From NCBI RefSeq assembly GCF_006345805.1, contig NC_043008.1, positions 4,712,001 through 4,776,000 of the forward strand: a DNA stretch of 64,000 nt, read 5' to 3'. Below the pieces are notes generated by a model that had not been told where the DNA came from, ran no database searches, and worked only from the letters and a program-made list of their open reading frames with translations. Shown in pieces: positions 26,531 to 41,210 of this stretch. Each line of letters starts with the position of its first letter. The first letter of the stretch is position 1. The stretch comes from Octopus sinensis (lineage: Eukaryota). A program made the translations under genes and the position numbers.

Positions 26531-28242
26531 TGGCCATTGATAGAATTTTTTTCGAAAAATCTTATCCTACATTAGATGTTAATATATATATATATATATA
26601 TATATTCATGTGTGTGTGGTGTGTGTGTGTGTGTGTGTGTATGTGTGTGTGAGAGAGTGAGTGAGTGAATGAATGAGACACTGGAGCAAGATGCAGTCCT
26701 TGAACTTGTCAAATCCTGTCAAGCCATGCCAGCATGGAAAATGAACACTAAAAGACAATGATATCAATATACATACATACAGTGAAGGCATGTGGCTTAA
26801 TGGTTAGAGCATTCACCTCACAACAGTAAGGTTGTGAGTCCAATTCCCAGTGACGTGTTTTGTACTTGAGCATGACACTTTATTTCATGTTGCTCCAGTC
26901 CACTCAGCTGGCAAAAACGAGTAGTATTTATTTTTCAAAGGGTCAGCCTTGTCACACTCTGTCACGCTGAATCTCCCTGAGAACTATGTTAAGGGTACAC
27001 ATGCCTGCGGAGTGCTCAGCCACTTGCACGTTAATTTCCATTGACTGTATCAGCTGAGACCCTCATCGTCATAACCGACAGAGGGCTCCATTTGGAAGCG
27101 CAATGGCCCAGTGGTTAGGACAGCAGACTCATGGTCATAGGATCACAGTTTCGATTCCCAGACCAGGTGCTGTGAGTGTTTATTGAGTGAACACACTTAA
27201 AGCTCTACGAGGCTCCAGCAGGGGACAGTGGCGAACCCTGCTGTATTCATTCACCACAACTTTCTCTCACTCTTTCTTCCTGTTTCTGTTGTACCTGTAT
27301 TTCAAAGGGCCAGCCTTGCCATACTCTGTGTCATGCTGAATCTCCCCAAGAACTACAATAAGGATACACATGTCTGTGGAGTGCTCAGCCACTTGCACGT
27401 TAATTTCACAAACAGGCTGTTCCATTGATTGGATCAACTGGAACCTTTGTCGTTGGAACCGATGGAGTGCCGTACTATACATATACAGAGAGAGAGAGAG
27501 AGAGAGAAAGAGACATACACATTGCCCTGTGGTGAAGAATTTCACTTCCCAATATCATGATTCTGGGTTCAGTTACACTGTGTGACACCTTGGGCAAGTG
27601 TCTCCTACAATAGAACTGGTTTGACCAAAACCTTGTAAGTGAATCTGATCGAGAGAAACTGAAAAAAGCTCATTGTATATTAATGCATGTGTGTGTGCGT
27701 GTGTGTGTTTTGACATTGTATGGTGGTTGTAAATGAGAATCCCTGTCATACAAGCAGTGTCTTTTATTTCCAATCTTTCATGGAAACATGTTCAGCCATA
27801 GGGAAAGTAACACCTTTCTTGGAAAAAGGTGAATGTTGGTGACAAGAAGGGCATCCAGCTGTAAAAGATCTACATCAACAAATTCCATCTAACCTCTGCA
27901 AGCATGAAAAAGTGGTCATTAAAGCAGAGCTGGTAGAGTACATAACTATAAGGATGTATATATATATATATATATATTAGTGTTTGTCTTTTTTGGTGTG
28001 GTGGAGGAGAAACAACAAATATCATTTGCTTGTTGCTCTGTCTACTCCCACCACTACCCAAATACATCCAACACCTGTTAACTCCTACATCATTATAATT
28101 TCAAATAAAATCACCAATATTACTAAATGATTAGTGAAGTGGAAATTGACAATCTAGACTATAAAGCGAAATAGTAAATTCATGTGTGTGTGTGTGCATG
28201 GCTGTATACATTTGTGAATATGTATACATGTATGTGTATATG

Positions 28243-28284
<42 letters not shown>

Positions 28285-31200
28285 CACACACACACACAAA
28301 CGTGCACACTATACATATGTGTAAGTTTATATACATACATACATACACTCACATATGTGCATACAAGTATGTGTGTGTGTGTGTGTAAGTGTATTTTCAG
28401 AAGATTTTGTGAATATTTATCTACATTATTATTTCTTCTACTACTACTACTGCTACTTCTTCTTTACTACTGTCTCCTCTTACTTCTTCCCCACCTCCTA
28501 CTTCACATCTGCCTTCTTTATGAACATGTGTGTGAGAGAGGGAAAGAGAGAGAGAGAGAGACTATTGGTGAAATATTTTTAAATTTTCAAAATTCTGTAT
28601 ATCTAAAAATCAATGAGATATGGGTAATTAAAAGCAACTGAACAGTAAATTTCGTAGAATTTATTTTCAAGAGATCAAGCTTCCAACAGATTCTCTCAAG
28701 CATCTTGCCCAAATGGCATTATTTCTTCATAAGTTCTCTGAAGTCTGAAAAACCATTAAAACTGCAAAGATGGAAAAGCTACAAAACCGAATGATATACT
28801 AAGAAAAGCATTAAAAGCAGACTTTCATGTCTCAATGAGGATTCATTACCACTATCTCTTTGAAAAGCTGTGACACAAGAAGACAACGAAACAACGGAAT
28901 GGAAACGAGGTTATCAGGTCAGGGTTTTTATGCAAAGAAATTTTTATAACTCTATAGACAACAAGAGAAACCACCCTGTTTTCAATGCCTAGAAAACTAT
29001 CATTCTAAACATCGAAGATAACACTCAACTGCACATAAGAGAGCCACAAGAAAGCTTTCTGCAAATCTGGACATTTTAACATTTTGCATCAGAACAGAGA
29101 AATTTCTTGAATAAAACTTGTTCAACTATACCAAATTTATTGATTTAGAAAACGTTTTTCACTGTAAAGAAAGTAACATTGGATATCTGGTATGTCTTCC
29201 TTATAACAAGTTCTTAGTTCATGAAATATTTACTGAGTTGGCAAAACTTTCCTTATAATTTTGGTCTAAATCTCCATAACAGCTAAAAGAGCCATTACAA
29301 GCATTTTTAAAGGATCCAGCCATATTATAGGATTTTCCAATTCATGAAAATTTCAAAAAGGCTGAACAACCAAAACATTTAAGGGGTCTTTATCTATACT
29401 TCTTTCTCAATATGCTTATTTTTGTAGTTCTTGTGTTTTAGTTTTTTGTTGTTGTTGTTGTTTTTGCACAAGGATTAATTAGATCCAGTCCTCAATCAGT
29501 CATTCTTTATCCATTTTACACAAATGTTTAAAACTGTTTAAATAAATTATCTTATTCTGTAAACTTTCTGAACATAAAATAGATATTCCCTAAAGAACTA
29601 AAAGGGGGGGGGGCAAACGCTGCAGCTAATTGTCGTATGGGTTGATCTTGTATGTCTTCTAGTTTCCACCTTAAAGAAATAAAAGATCCTGTATGTGTGT
29701 CACTGTTGATGAAGTTGTTGTTGTTGCTGCTGTTGTTTTTGTTGTTGTATAACCCTGAGGTGTCAGCTTTTATCAAGCAGACCTCTCATTAAACACCTTT
29801 TTTTTTTTGTTGTTGTAACATCTCATATCTTTTTTCATAAGATGTCTAAGTCTGTGTATTTCCCTTTCTAACACATATTGAGTGTAATTTCAGAGATATG
29901 GTTGTTATTTTAAGCAGGTCAAACAACCACTTTGAAGATTTGTCATTACATCATGGCCATGGCAGTGGTAGAGGAAATGACTGTTCAGACTTTGGTCCGT
30001 TCTCATTAAGAAACCATATGCTCAAATCTATTCTAGGCATACCACTCGTTTTGTTCTTCAGACATAATGGGTTCTGGATTACTATATTCAATGTATTTGT
30101 TCTTTTATTTTTTTTTTAATATGGTAGGATGTAAATTTGATTTGATTGCCATTTCTAGCAGGTCAGACCACAATATTAAGGGTCACTTATTGGCACATTG
30201 ACAAAAATGTTGCTAATGATAACAAATATTTTCTATGCTTAAATTTTGGTTGCTTTTCCTAATATTAGGAGCAACCATTTATAAGCTTTCCTCTTGGCTT
30301 TTCATGACCCCCCACCCTCCATTAAGTTTCTGGCTACTGGTTGTCATGAATTATCTTCACTAATTTTTGTTTGCAGTTTAATGCCATGTCAGCTCTGATT
30401 AAGCCGACTAATGATTAAGAGTATTCCAACCATAATTATCTTGCTTTTTTTTTTTTTTTTGTATATCTAAGACTACACTGTCCAATGTGCCCTTCTGTCT
30501 TTACAACAATAAGATCATAAAAATTTGAAGGAGATTCAGCTGCTATTTCTCATAGGTCAAGTAACTGAGATTCTGGTTAGTTTTCCATGCTGGCGTTTAT
30601 TTATCCACATTGCATGTGATATCACATTTTTTCTTATAGGCATTTCGCTCACTCTTGCCTCCTTATATCTCTATTATCACGGACATGTCATCACATCTCT
30701 TGGAATAAAGCACATTGCTTTACTGGTGTTTCCTGTTCAGGACAATAACTGCTGTTGATTCTCTTTCGGCCTGGAAGCTTAAAAAGAGATTTTCTTTTTT
30801 ATTCCAAAATATAATGAAAGCATTGATTGTGTTAGCCAATGCCTCCCTACTTATGATGATAAGTCAATGAGAGAGTTTGTATGTAGTAGCACCACTAACT
30901 AGAAATACCAGCCAATTCTTCCTCCAATAACACCCCACCATCAAAAAGAGGGAATATATAGCTGTTTGGTCTTGAGCAGTGGTTCAAAAACTAATTTTAT
31001 CATCTTCTATAATTTTCCAAATATTACTGACCCTTCACAACTATATTTCACACTCAATCTTTGCCATTTTATTTTTAAGAAGAAATTAGATAAAACAAAA
31101 TTTGTTTTAGAAAGAGAATTTATTCATATACAGAAAGAAAACATAACTTGTTTTGAAAATGATTAATAGCCCTCCCCCCCCCCAAAAAAAAGGCTTGTTA

Positions 31201-33039
31201 AAATTTCTATTGAAAGATACCTCTTTTTATGGAACCCCAGAATTTTTACACAGGGCTTCTTGGAATCCACTTTGGGAAACACTTCTAGAGGAACATGTTG
31301 TACTCCTGTGCTTCATAGGCCTTAAACTCAAAAGATGGACTCAATGTCATCAGTGAATAATGAATCCCTTGCAAAAATGATGGAATACCTTAGATTATAA
31401 GTTTGCTTTGGATCAGAGCTGACCTGGGGCTACAAACAACAACTTACATAAAGTTTGCAAATGCCATCATGTGAAGATCATTCTAATATTTTGAGCAAGA
31501 ACTCTTTCTCTAATGAAGTACCCTGATTGAAACATTAGAATTCACAAATGGAATTGTCAATACAGACAGTAGTCTCCTAGGATTCATTTTTCGTTCTTTT
31601 ACCTTTTTTTTTTCCTTTTACTTCTGATTCTTCATTCTGGGTTTTCCATCAATAACCTTCTTTTTCACTTCCCCTCTTTTCACTCCTTCCTATTTCTCCC
31701 TCTTCTTTCACTCTCTCTTTCTCTCTCTCTGGTGCAGTCATCAATAATAATTAATGTTTCTATCTGTATATCTATCAATCTACTTATCGATCTGTCTATC
31801 TGTATATCTATCAATCTACTTATCTATCTGTCTGTCTGTATAGCTAGACACACATGAGCCTAGGCAGTACAATTTCAGTTCATCAAAGATGAATAGTTAA
31901 TCCCTGAGATTGCACAACTCAACATACTCTATGACTTCATATCAGAATTAAACAGCCGTTATGAACCTCAGGAAAAGATGGAATAATCAACACAAGTTAC
32001 CTCACACCTGTATAAGCTCAGTCTAATTTAACTAACATTTACTACAGGAATCTCTCCAAATTATTGATTTCTCTCATCTTTGTATCGATTTCTCACATAA
32101 ATATTATCTGAACTATTGTTTGTGAAACACGATCAGTTTAGATATTTAAACCATGGTGACCATGTTAAATATAAAAATTGAATTAGTAATGTGTCTGTCG
32201 TTTCTAAAATTAAATTTGAAACACTGTCTAATTTTCTTTACTTTTTCTTTCTTTTTTTTTTTTTTTTTGCTATTTTGAAATATTAGAACAATAATCTTGG
32301 TTTTGGGTTATGTTTTTTTTTGTTTTTTTTCTCTCTTTCTTTTTCTATAAAACACTCAAAAATATACCTTCTGAATAAAAAATTTAAATTTTCTGACTGA
32401 AACAGAAAACCATTTTTCTGGGTGTTTTTTTATTATATATGTTTTTTTTTTATTTCATTTTTTTTTTTGGTATATTATATTTCAATAATGCGGCAAATTG
32501 GTGGAGTTATTAGAACATTAGATATCATGCCTTGAATTAGTAATGTGTCTGCGATTTCTAAAATTGGCTTTCTGTACTCAGAGTTCAAATTTTGCCAAGG
32601 TCAACTTTGCCTTTCATTCTTTTGGGGTCAATAAATAAAGTATCGGTCTAGAATTAGGCAATCAGAGAAGATGTCTTGTGGTATCTTCCCTGGTTCATCT
32701 TTTTATCCTCTTTAGTTCAAATGTCACATAGGTGCTGATAGCCTGAGATAATTTCTTAACCACAGGGGTATCCCATCCAGCCCACAGTTGGCCAGCATAA
32801 ATGGGTAGGCCTACAACCAGCAACAGTATGCTAAAACTTTTACTCAGTAGTGGTTCAAAACCAGCTGAATGGAATGGATAAAATATCTCACGGTTGCTAT
32901 AGTCCCAGGTCAGTATTTATCAAGTATACCTTGATAAATACTGCATTTTGTCTTTATAAAGCATTTTGTCTTTATATATATATATATATAAAAATCAAAA
33001 ATATATATATATCAAATATATAAATCAAAAATCAAAATC

Positions 33040-33450
33040 AAATTCGATGACTGGCGTCCATGCTAGCAGGGTGCAAAGAGCACCATACGAGCGTGATCAT
33101 TGACAGAGCGGCTAACCGGCTTCCGTGCCAGTGGCACTTAAAAGGCACTGTTCGAGCATGATTGTTACCAGCGTCGCCTTACTGGCACTCAAGCCCCATG
33201 CTTGTAGAGTATTAAGAGCACTATCTGAGCGCGATCATTGCCAGAGCGGCTATCTGGCCTCCGTGCCGGTGGCACATAAAAGCACCCACTACACTCTCGG
33301 AGTGGTTGGCATTAGGAAGGGCATCCAGCTGTAGAAACTCTGCCAGATCAAGATTGAAACCTGGTGCAGCCATCTGGTTCTCCAGCCCTCAGTCAAATCG
33401 TCCAACCCATGCTAGCATGGAAAGCGGACGTTAAACGATGATGATGATGA
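33040..33450 (+). mobile_element. Representative copy of the most abundant SINE-like family (gggcatccagctgtagaaac...catgctagcatgg...(TGA)n tail)
   Basis: More than 15 related copies, for example 1320-1510, 4985-5318, 13270-13520, 18132-18720(-), 22450-22600, 24437-24735, 41820-42050, 52195-52420(-), 53550-53850(-), 60031-60157 and 61505-61700. Confidence 0.85.
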
Positions 33451-35195
33451 TATATATATCCCAAATTTCATTGTCCAATGTATCCTTCTAAAAATGGTAT
33501 GTCATGATATAAGAGGCATTTGGTGTTATGTCTAGCAGATCAGTTGACTGCATAGAATTTCCTTTGTTGACTCCTTTGTTGTTCAATCAGCCACGTGATT
33601 ACATTTAAAGGGACTTGTTCTTTGGACAACTTCTGATTTTTTGGCTTTTACTGTAAACACATCCGTAGGTTTGGTGATTGTCCACCACTTACACTACAGC
33701 TTCAGAGAACAATTACTGGACAAAATGCAGTGTTTAACGTCTTTAGTTTATGATATTAGAGATTATAAGAAGCGATTTGAGACAAAAAAATTAGACAGGT
33801 CTACTGACAGGGTTCGAGCCTTGTACCTGTTGCTTACAAGATGACTGTGTTACCCATTATACCACAGATGGCCAACTGTTTCATTTTCTCTAATTATACA
33901 ACATAACTTGTTTCTGCTACTTTAACTGTATTATTTTATCTCCATAGTATAATTTAGTCACCTAGCACTAGTAAGATAGGTTATTTTACTAAAGTCAAGC
34001 ACAACGAGTCCTGTTAGTGAGTTTGTTACATCTATTTTTTAAGACTCATATTGCTGCTAATAATGTCTAAATTAATTTACATTAAATTCTGGGCAGTAAA
34101 TTCATGCTTCTTTTATCTTCTGACTTGCCTTTATATTTTTTCTTTATCTATGATAGAAAATTCATTTATTTCAAAACAAAAAGCAAAATGGGATATCTTT
34201 CTCCACACTATGTTCTGTCTGTTTTTCCTGACTTAAATCTTTCAATCTTGATTTTATTTTACTCACCTCATCCTAAAGAATTGTCCCATTTATTCTTTGT
34301 AGGCCCATCCATAAATTCATAGAATACTACTTCATTTTTGAACTTTTCTGCTGGAGTTGATTTCATTTTGACAAGAAATCTTTGGAGTGACATTATTTCT
34401 GATACATTTTTCTAACTTCACATTGTCATATTTATTTCATTTCTCTTGTGTTGAACTCTTGAAATAAAAATGAAGCAACCGTAGAATTTGGGCATTGCCT
34501 TTACATTATGCTTTTGAATAGATATCTGTTTTCAAAAAAGAATTCTGGTTAGTGAATATCTTGTAAGTTACTTCATCGATGATATGGATATTTTGTTGTT
34601 TGTTTTTAATTTTTCTATTTTTTACTTCATGCTGTAGAGTTTGATAACGACTTTATCAAACATGCTATATTACCCACTTTATCAAATTAGCTAATTTTAT
34701 TCCACAAACTAATACTTGTCATTAATTATACCCATAATATCCTCCAGAAAACATGTACATTTTAACTTCTATATGTTTAAGTATTTCCTTAAAATTTATT
34801 TTCAGTGTAATTAATTCAACTCATTCTTTTTTCTTTTCATTTTTGTGTTTTTTATTGCAAAATGTGATATTTTTTGATATTTGATTAAATTTCTGTTTAT
34901 CTCACAAAATAAATTCTAATTTTTAATAATTTTCTTCATGATTTAAATTTATTGCATATTTAATTAAAATTTCCTTGACTCGTCTACTAAATATTGATCA
35001 ACCTTTTAACATTACCTTCTTCATTTTTCAATAAAATCTTTCTGGTCATCTTCAGGTGCCATTTAGTATTTTCTTCCTTCTTTTCACAGATATGTTTTTT
35101 GGATTAAGATTAAATTCATGAGGAAGTCATTAGGTGTTACATGTGAATATATATATGTACCTATGAAAGCATGCATGTATGTGTAGCTGTGTGTA

Positions 35196-35226
<31 letters not shown>

Positions 35227-35355
35227 GCATGTATCATACAGAGAGATTAGATTTTTGTAAGTATTATTTTGAAATAGAAAAATAACACCAAACACAGAAA
35301 TTGTTACTTCAAATAACTAATTATATTAAAAATTTTACTCATTAAAATATGTATA

Positions 35356-35745
35356 ACTAGAAAAGCACTCAGAGAGTGCAGTCCTCCGCCAAGCAGCTCA
35401 TTTTAAGATAGATACACGAGTAAAATTACTAATAGAGACACGAAAATAAACTTTAGAAACAGCAATGCCACCATAGGTTACATGGAAATGATGAACGTGT
35501 TTTCAAGGGAGATAATCAAAGAACATTGTAATACTTCATGTAAAGTAAATATAACAAATGAAAAATCCTTTGAGAATCCATAAAAATTCCCGGATCACAA
35601 CCAAATTTTCATAATCTGTTCCTTATGTCATTACCAACTTTTCCTGCAAGTTTCATCAAATACCGTTCACAACCTTTTGAGTTATTTTGCACACAGATGG
35701 ACAAACCAACACTGATGAAAACATAGCCTCCTTCCTTGGTGGATT
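35356..35745. mobile_element. Non-autonomous Helentron/DINE-1-like element
   Basis: Starts aactagaaaagcactcagagagtgc (hairpin), has subterminal inverted repeat cctccgccaag / cttggtgga and a cacagatggacaaac..aaaacatagcctcc end. Confidence 0.55.
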
Positions 35746-37583
35746 ATATATAATGTTCTCTCACATACATACATAGATATCTTTTACTTGTTTCAGTCAT
35801 TAGACTGCAACCAAGCTGAGGCACTACCTTTCAGTTTCCATCTACCAAATCTATTTACAAGGCTTTGTTTGGCTGGGGGCCTATAGTAAAAGACAGTTGT
35901 CCAAAATAACATGCAGTGGGATTGAACCTAGAATTATGTAGTTGGGAAGCAAACTTCTTACGCCACAGCTACACCTGCACCCATAATGTTATCTCTTTCT
36001 CTTTTACTTGTTTCAGTCATTTGACTGTGGCCATGCTGGAGCACCACCTTTAGTCAAGCAAATTGACCCCAGGACTTATTCTTTGGAAGCCTAGTACTTA
36101 TTCTATCAGTCTGTTTTGCCGAACCGCTAAGTTACAGGGACATATACACACCAGCATCGGTTGTCAAGCGATGTTGGGGGGGACAAATGCAGACACACAA
36201 ACATATACACACACATATATATATATACATATATACGACAGGCTTCTTTCTACCAAATGCACTCACATGGCTTTAGTCGGCCTGAGGCTATAGTAGAAGA
36301 CACTGAAAACGGAACCATGTGGCTGGTAAGCAAGCTACTTACCACCACAGCCACTCCTGTGCCTATGTATATGTATATAATATTAGTACTTAGTAGACTT
36401 TGTGTGTGAAAAATAACCAAGTGCTCAATATGCCTTTGTATTGGACATGTGTAGAGTCTGTATTAATGGTGTGTTGGTAAGCAAGATTATTTCCTCCGAC
36501 CAAATGACTTTGTACAGTTGACTAATGTCTGGAATAATGGACATGGAAAAGTAGACAGAGTATTCAAAAGTATTTTTGATTGATTGTGTGGCTGGTGGCC
36601 GGATTGGTTTGTGGTGTTATTGATGAAATTCTCTCTCTTCCTAAGTATTAGCAGGTGATTCAACTTCAGATGTGATCAGAACTGACCAACCACATCAAAA
36701 ACCACTCAACCAATCAAAAGGCACCCAACAACTTTTAAATACCCTCACGACCAATCCATTTCCATTATTTCAGACTCACTGATTGATACGGTTGACTGAT
36801 GTCAACTGCACAAAACATTTAGATAGAATCAAATAATCCACTTCACCATCACACAATATTATATATGTACATGTGTGTGTGTGTGTATGCGTGTGTGTGT
36901 GTGTGTGCGTGTGTGTGTAGATAGATAGATAGTGTATATTTGCCTCCCCTGTATTTTTAGAAATATTATATTTGTGAAGTCCTGCCATATTATGTAATGT
37001 TGTAATGCAAAATGCATTTATTATTGAACCCTGTATTTGTTTATTTCTATGTTACGTGGAAGTCAAAAGGGTACGGGTGTATTGGAATTTCTGCATTTGA
37101 GGGACATGGTTCTATTTAATACGAGGGCTACCTGCATAATGTATATGCATAGAGTGAAGCGCTAAGAGCACCATCCGAGCGTGATCGTTGCCAGAGCAAC
37201 AAACTGGCTTCAATGTCGGTGGCACGTAAAAAGCACCATTCAAGCGTGATCATTATCTGCATCACCTTACTGGCACTTGTGCTGGTGGCACGTGAAAAAA
37301 CATTCAAGCAAGATCGTTGCCAGTATCGCTGGACCCAGAAAGACATGGAATCGTAAAATACTGATCCCCGTTGTATTTTAAATGAAAAGCAAAACTAGCT
37401 GGTTTACTCATTTTCAGCTACCAAAAACCCTTTTCTTCATATTAGGGACCTATTTTCACAGCAAGTGCAAACAAGTTTACTAAACATGGTATGACACCTG
37501 GCTTTATGTACATATCTATCATATATATATATATACACACAAACATATACATGCATACATACATACATACATACATACATACA

Positions 37584-37614
<31 letters not shown>

Positions 37615-38973
37615 TTGGCATCTCAATAGATGATTGGCTTATACACATAACCAATCAAAGCTTATTAAAAGCAAGATGAAACTAAAACTATTAGTCATTT
37701 CCTTTGTAATTAACAACTAATAACTAATCGCAGAAATATCAACTTGTAATATTTTTCTTTTCCGTATAGATTATCTCATTTGTGTCTGTTATGGTGAAAC
37801 ATTCACCAACACCAACTTTGGTTTTTTTAATCCATATATTTTTTTTATCAAACAGAATATTATTTGAGTGAGAAAGATAAATAATTTCTACTTAATCGTT
37901 TTTATTTCTTTTCCAGGTTCTTGTTTGTCGTATTTATTTTAATTAACATCACTTTTAATAGATTTTCTTCTTGCTCCTCCACTAATGTTCATTAATATTC
38001 TCACTTTTACTTCAATTGATGTGGATGGAAGTGGACTGCATCTTTTATATTTGGTTCGTCTAAACTTCTGATATAAACTTGTGAAAGAAAACTCATTGAT
38101 ATTTCTGTTTTTGATTTTGTTTATAATTTATTGACTTTAAACCTATTTCAATTATTTTTGAGTTTTGGGTGTTTTTTTGTTCTTTTTTTCCTTTGTTTTA
38201 TGTTTTTCTTTTAATATTCCAGTTGTTTGTAGACACCATTATCCTTTGGCAAAAATAATTTGTATACACATTTCTATTACTGTTCTAATTTCTGCTGTTT
38301 ACCATCCTGTTCAGCCTTGGTCAAGAAGACCTGTAGTCAGGTATTCCAGCCATGACCACAACATCTTATTTTCAGGTGCATTGCAACAGACACCACATAT
38401 TCAATGTCTCCTTTATGTTTTTTAAGATAAGGTGTGGCAATTGGCAATTCAAGGGACATTTCGGTGCTATTTTTAGCAAGCTGAATGTCCACATGGTTGT
38501 CTCTTATGGCCTCACATATCATGTATTTCTCTTTTCCCATGTATTAAGTATCATTTTCTTCTCATATGAAGTGTCCCCCTCTTTACTATACCACCAATGT
38601 CATGTATTTTTGCAAGCACATCCATTATGAGCTTTCTAAATATATGTAAACAAGCACAGTGAACCCTTATTCAAAACTGATTCATCTAAATTGGGAATCA
38701 GCCAAACTGGCCAGCATTTGGCTTTTTCAATTCATTATCATTTCCTCATTAAAACTGCAGCAATACATTTTCTGAAGTGAGAGATTTCATTTGCAAATCA
38801 AATCCCCACCAGGGGGAGATGCTGTACCACGGGAATGAAGTTGTGTAGAGAGACCTACAAATAAATTATAGAACTCTGTATTTGACAATACATTGAGTAT
38901 TTAATTGAAAGTGGTCTTATTTTTTTTATACAGTCGTACATATCATGCATTGATAAATATGGGCTACCTATAT

Positions 38974-39009
<36 letters not shown>

Positions 39010-39203
39010 ACTGTGTGTGTATTGTTGGCAATTTTTTTTCCTCCGTCTTCCCTTCCTTGGATCTTTCCTTTTCCTATGTTTCTGACGTCGAGATCTGATC
39101 AAAACATTAAATCCTCCTTCTTTCTTTCCTTTCCTGAGCATCCAATAACACTATACTTGTTCCACGTCCTCGCATTGTTGTGTTTTCCTGTTTGGATTAA
39201 CTT

Positions 39204-39234
<31 letters not shown>

Positions 39235-39549
39235 GCTTACATGTTGTAGTTATCATATATATATATCGTATATCCATATATGTAATATTTATCACATATA
39301 AAGCAGCAAGCTAGCCGAATCATTAATATACCAGACAAAATGCTTCGTAGCATATCTTTCAAGTTTTATGTTTTGAGTCCAAATGCCACCAAGTTGACTT
39401 TGCTTTTGTAGGGTTGATAAAATGAATACCAGATGTGCTCTAGGGTCAAGGTAATCCACTTGCCCCTTCCCTAAAGTTGCAAGCCATGTACCAATATTTA
39501 TCATGCCACCATATATATATATAAAAGCATGTGTATATATATATATATG

Positions 39550-39930
39550 AGCGGTATTGGTATCTAGAAGACCCAAAGAGTGGCAGGTAACACTAAGTAA
39601 GTGCCATGGACAGGCTGTAGTTAAACTCTTGGTTCAATAGTAAGGAGTCTAATGTGGGTCTTGTATTAGCATGCATATATATATATTAGACAGAATGAGA
39701 TGAGAAAGCCAAGGCTGTGGGGAGTTTTCAGGACATTTATAAAGAGAAAGTTAGCCTTACAGCTGTTTCTGGGATATTATGGATATCCCTTCATCAGTGA
39801 TGATGTGAGATGGTTAAAAAGAGAGAAATATTTGAGCTCACTAAATAGAGGTAAATATCGACCTCTATTTAACCATTTAACTCGTCACAGCCTTGGCTTT
39901 GTTATCTCATTTTGTCTAAAATATATATAG
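39550..39930. mobile_element. Older copy of the CAGCUG-hammerhead element family
   Basis: Same 130-bp module, then an arm whose reverse complement reads CUGAUGA-AGGGAUAU..AUAUCCCA-GAAA-CAGCUG-UA (39755-39800), and a partial inverted arm at about 39880-39930. Confidence 0.7.
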
Positions 39931-40316
39931 GCATGTCATGTGATAAAATGTTTGCTTCCCTACCACATGGTTCCAGGTTCAGTCCTACTATGTGGCATCT
40001 TGGGCAAGTGTTTTCTAGCCTAGCCCTGGGTCATCAAAGCCTTTTGAGTGGATCTGGTAAACAGAAACTAAAAGAAGCCCATTGTATAAGGCCTGAGCTT
40101 AATAAAAGATAAGTACTGAGATTGATTCTTTTAACTAAAAATTCTTCAAGGTGATGCCACAGCATGGCTGCAGTCTAATGACTGAAACAAGTAAAAGATA
40201 AAAGTTAAACATATACATATATTCTACGTTATGTATATGTTATATATATATATATATAATCTGTTTACTTATTGATCAGACCCCTTATACACCCATTATA
40301 TATATAATGGGTGTTT

Positions 40317-41210
40317 AAGGGGTCTGATCAATAAGTATCCTGACTGTTGCTATAGCAATAAACCTAAAGCACACAGAGTAAAGCTGCTTGGCACAAATTG
40401 ACCTTGAACTCTGCTGTGCATGTGCACTAAGTTTTAATGTTCTAGCTCACTTCTGCTTTTTACAGAAGTGCTTGGAAGGAACGTGTGTAGCGTGTGATCA
40501 TCACATTGACCATGACAGAGAAAGTTGTCATGGCGACACCTGCTCAGAGGCCAACACAAAGTTGCAGAAAGTGTATGGAGAGGAGTTTATGAGTTACACA
40601 CAAGTGTACAGGTGGTTCAGATGCTTCCAACATGGTCGAAAAAATGTCAATAGTGACGAATTTTCTGGGAGACCTGCAACCAGCAAAACAGAGAAGAACA
40701 TTGCAGATGTGCATGCAATTGCAAGGGGAAATTGTCGAAACACCATCCGTGAGTTGTCAGAGAATGTGCAGATTAGTTACGATTCAGTTCAGTCCATTAT
40801 CACTGAAGATTTGGGTATGAGACATGTGTCTCCCAAGTTTGTGCCCAAACTGCTTTCAGCTAACCAAAGAGATACTCGGGTTTCAGTTGCACAAGATCTC
40901 CTTGATTGTGTTAAGAACGGTGAAAACGTTTTGGAAATTTTGTGTAGGCCTCTGAGCAGGTATCACCAAGCTTTTGGCAAACTTTAATGCAGATTCTCTG
41001 CTCAACTTTCTCTGTCAAGGTCAATGTGGCAATCACACGCTACACACCTTCCTTCCAGGCACTGCTGTAAACAGCTGAAATGAGCTAGAACATTAAAACT
41101 TAGTGTGCATGCACAGCAGAGTTCAAGGTCAATCCGTGCCAAGTGGCTTCACTCTGTGTGCTTTAGCTTCGTTACTATGGCAACAGTCTAGATACTTATT
41201 GATCGGACCA
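40317..41210 (+). mobile_element. Internally deleted mariner element with terminal inverted repeats of about 210 bp
   Basis: 40320-40527 is the reverse complement of about 41003-41209; the interior encodes mariner HTH domains (LQKVYGEE.MS..QVYRWF..F..GR, SGRPATS, TIRELS, I.TEDLGMR.V..KFVPKLL); no DDD domain. Confidence 0.9.

Noticed and set aside
28640-29350. Coding-like A-rich stretch
   Set aside because: Stops in the frames I read, no recognisable motif and no clear splice sites; possibly an old transposon that I cannot assign.
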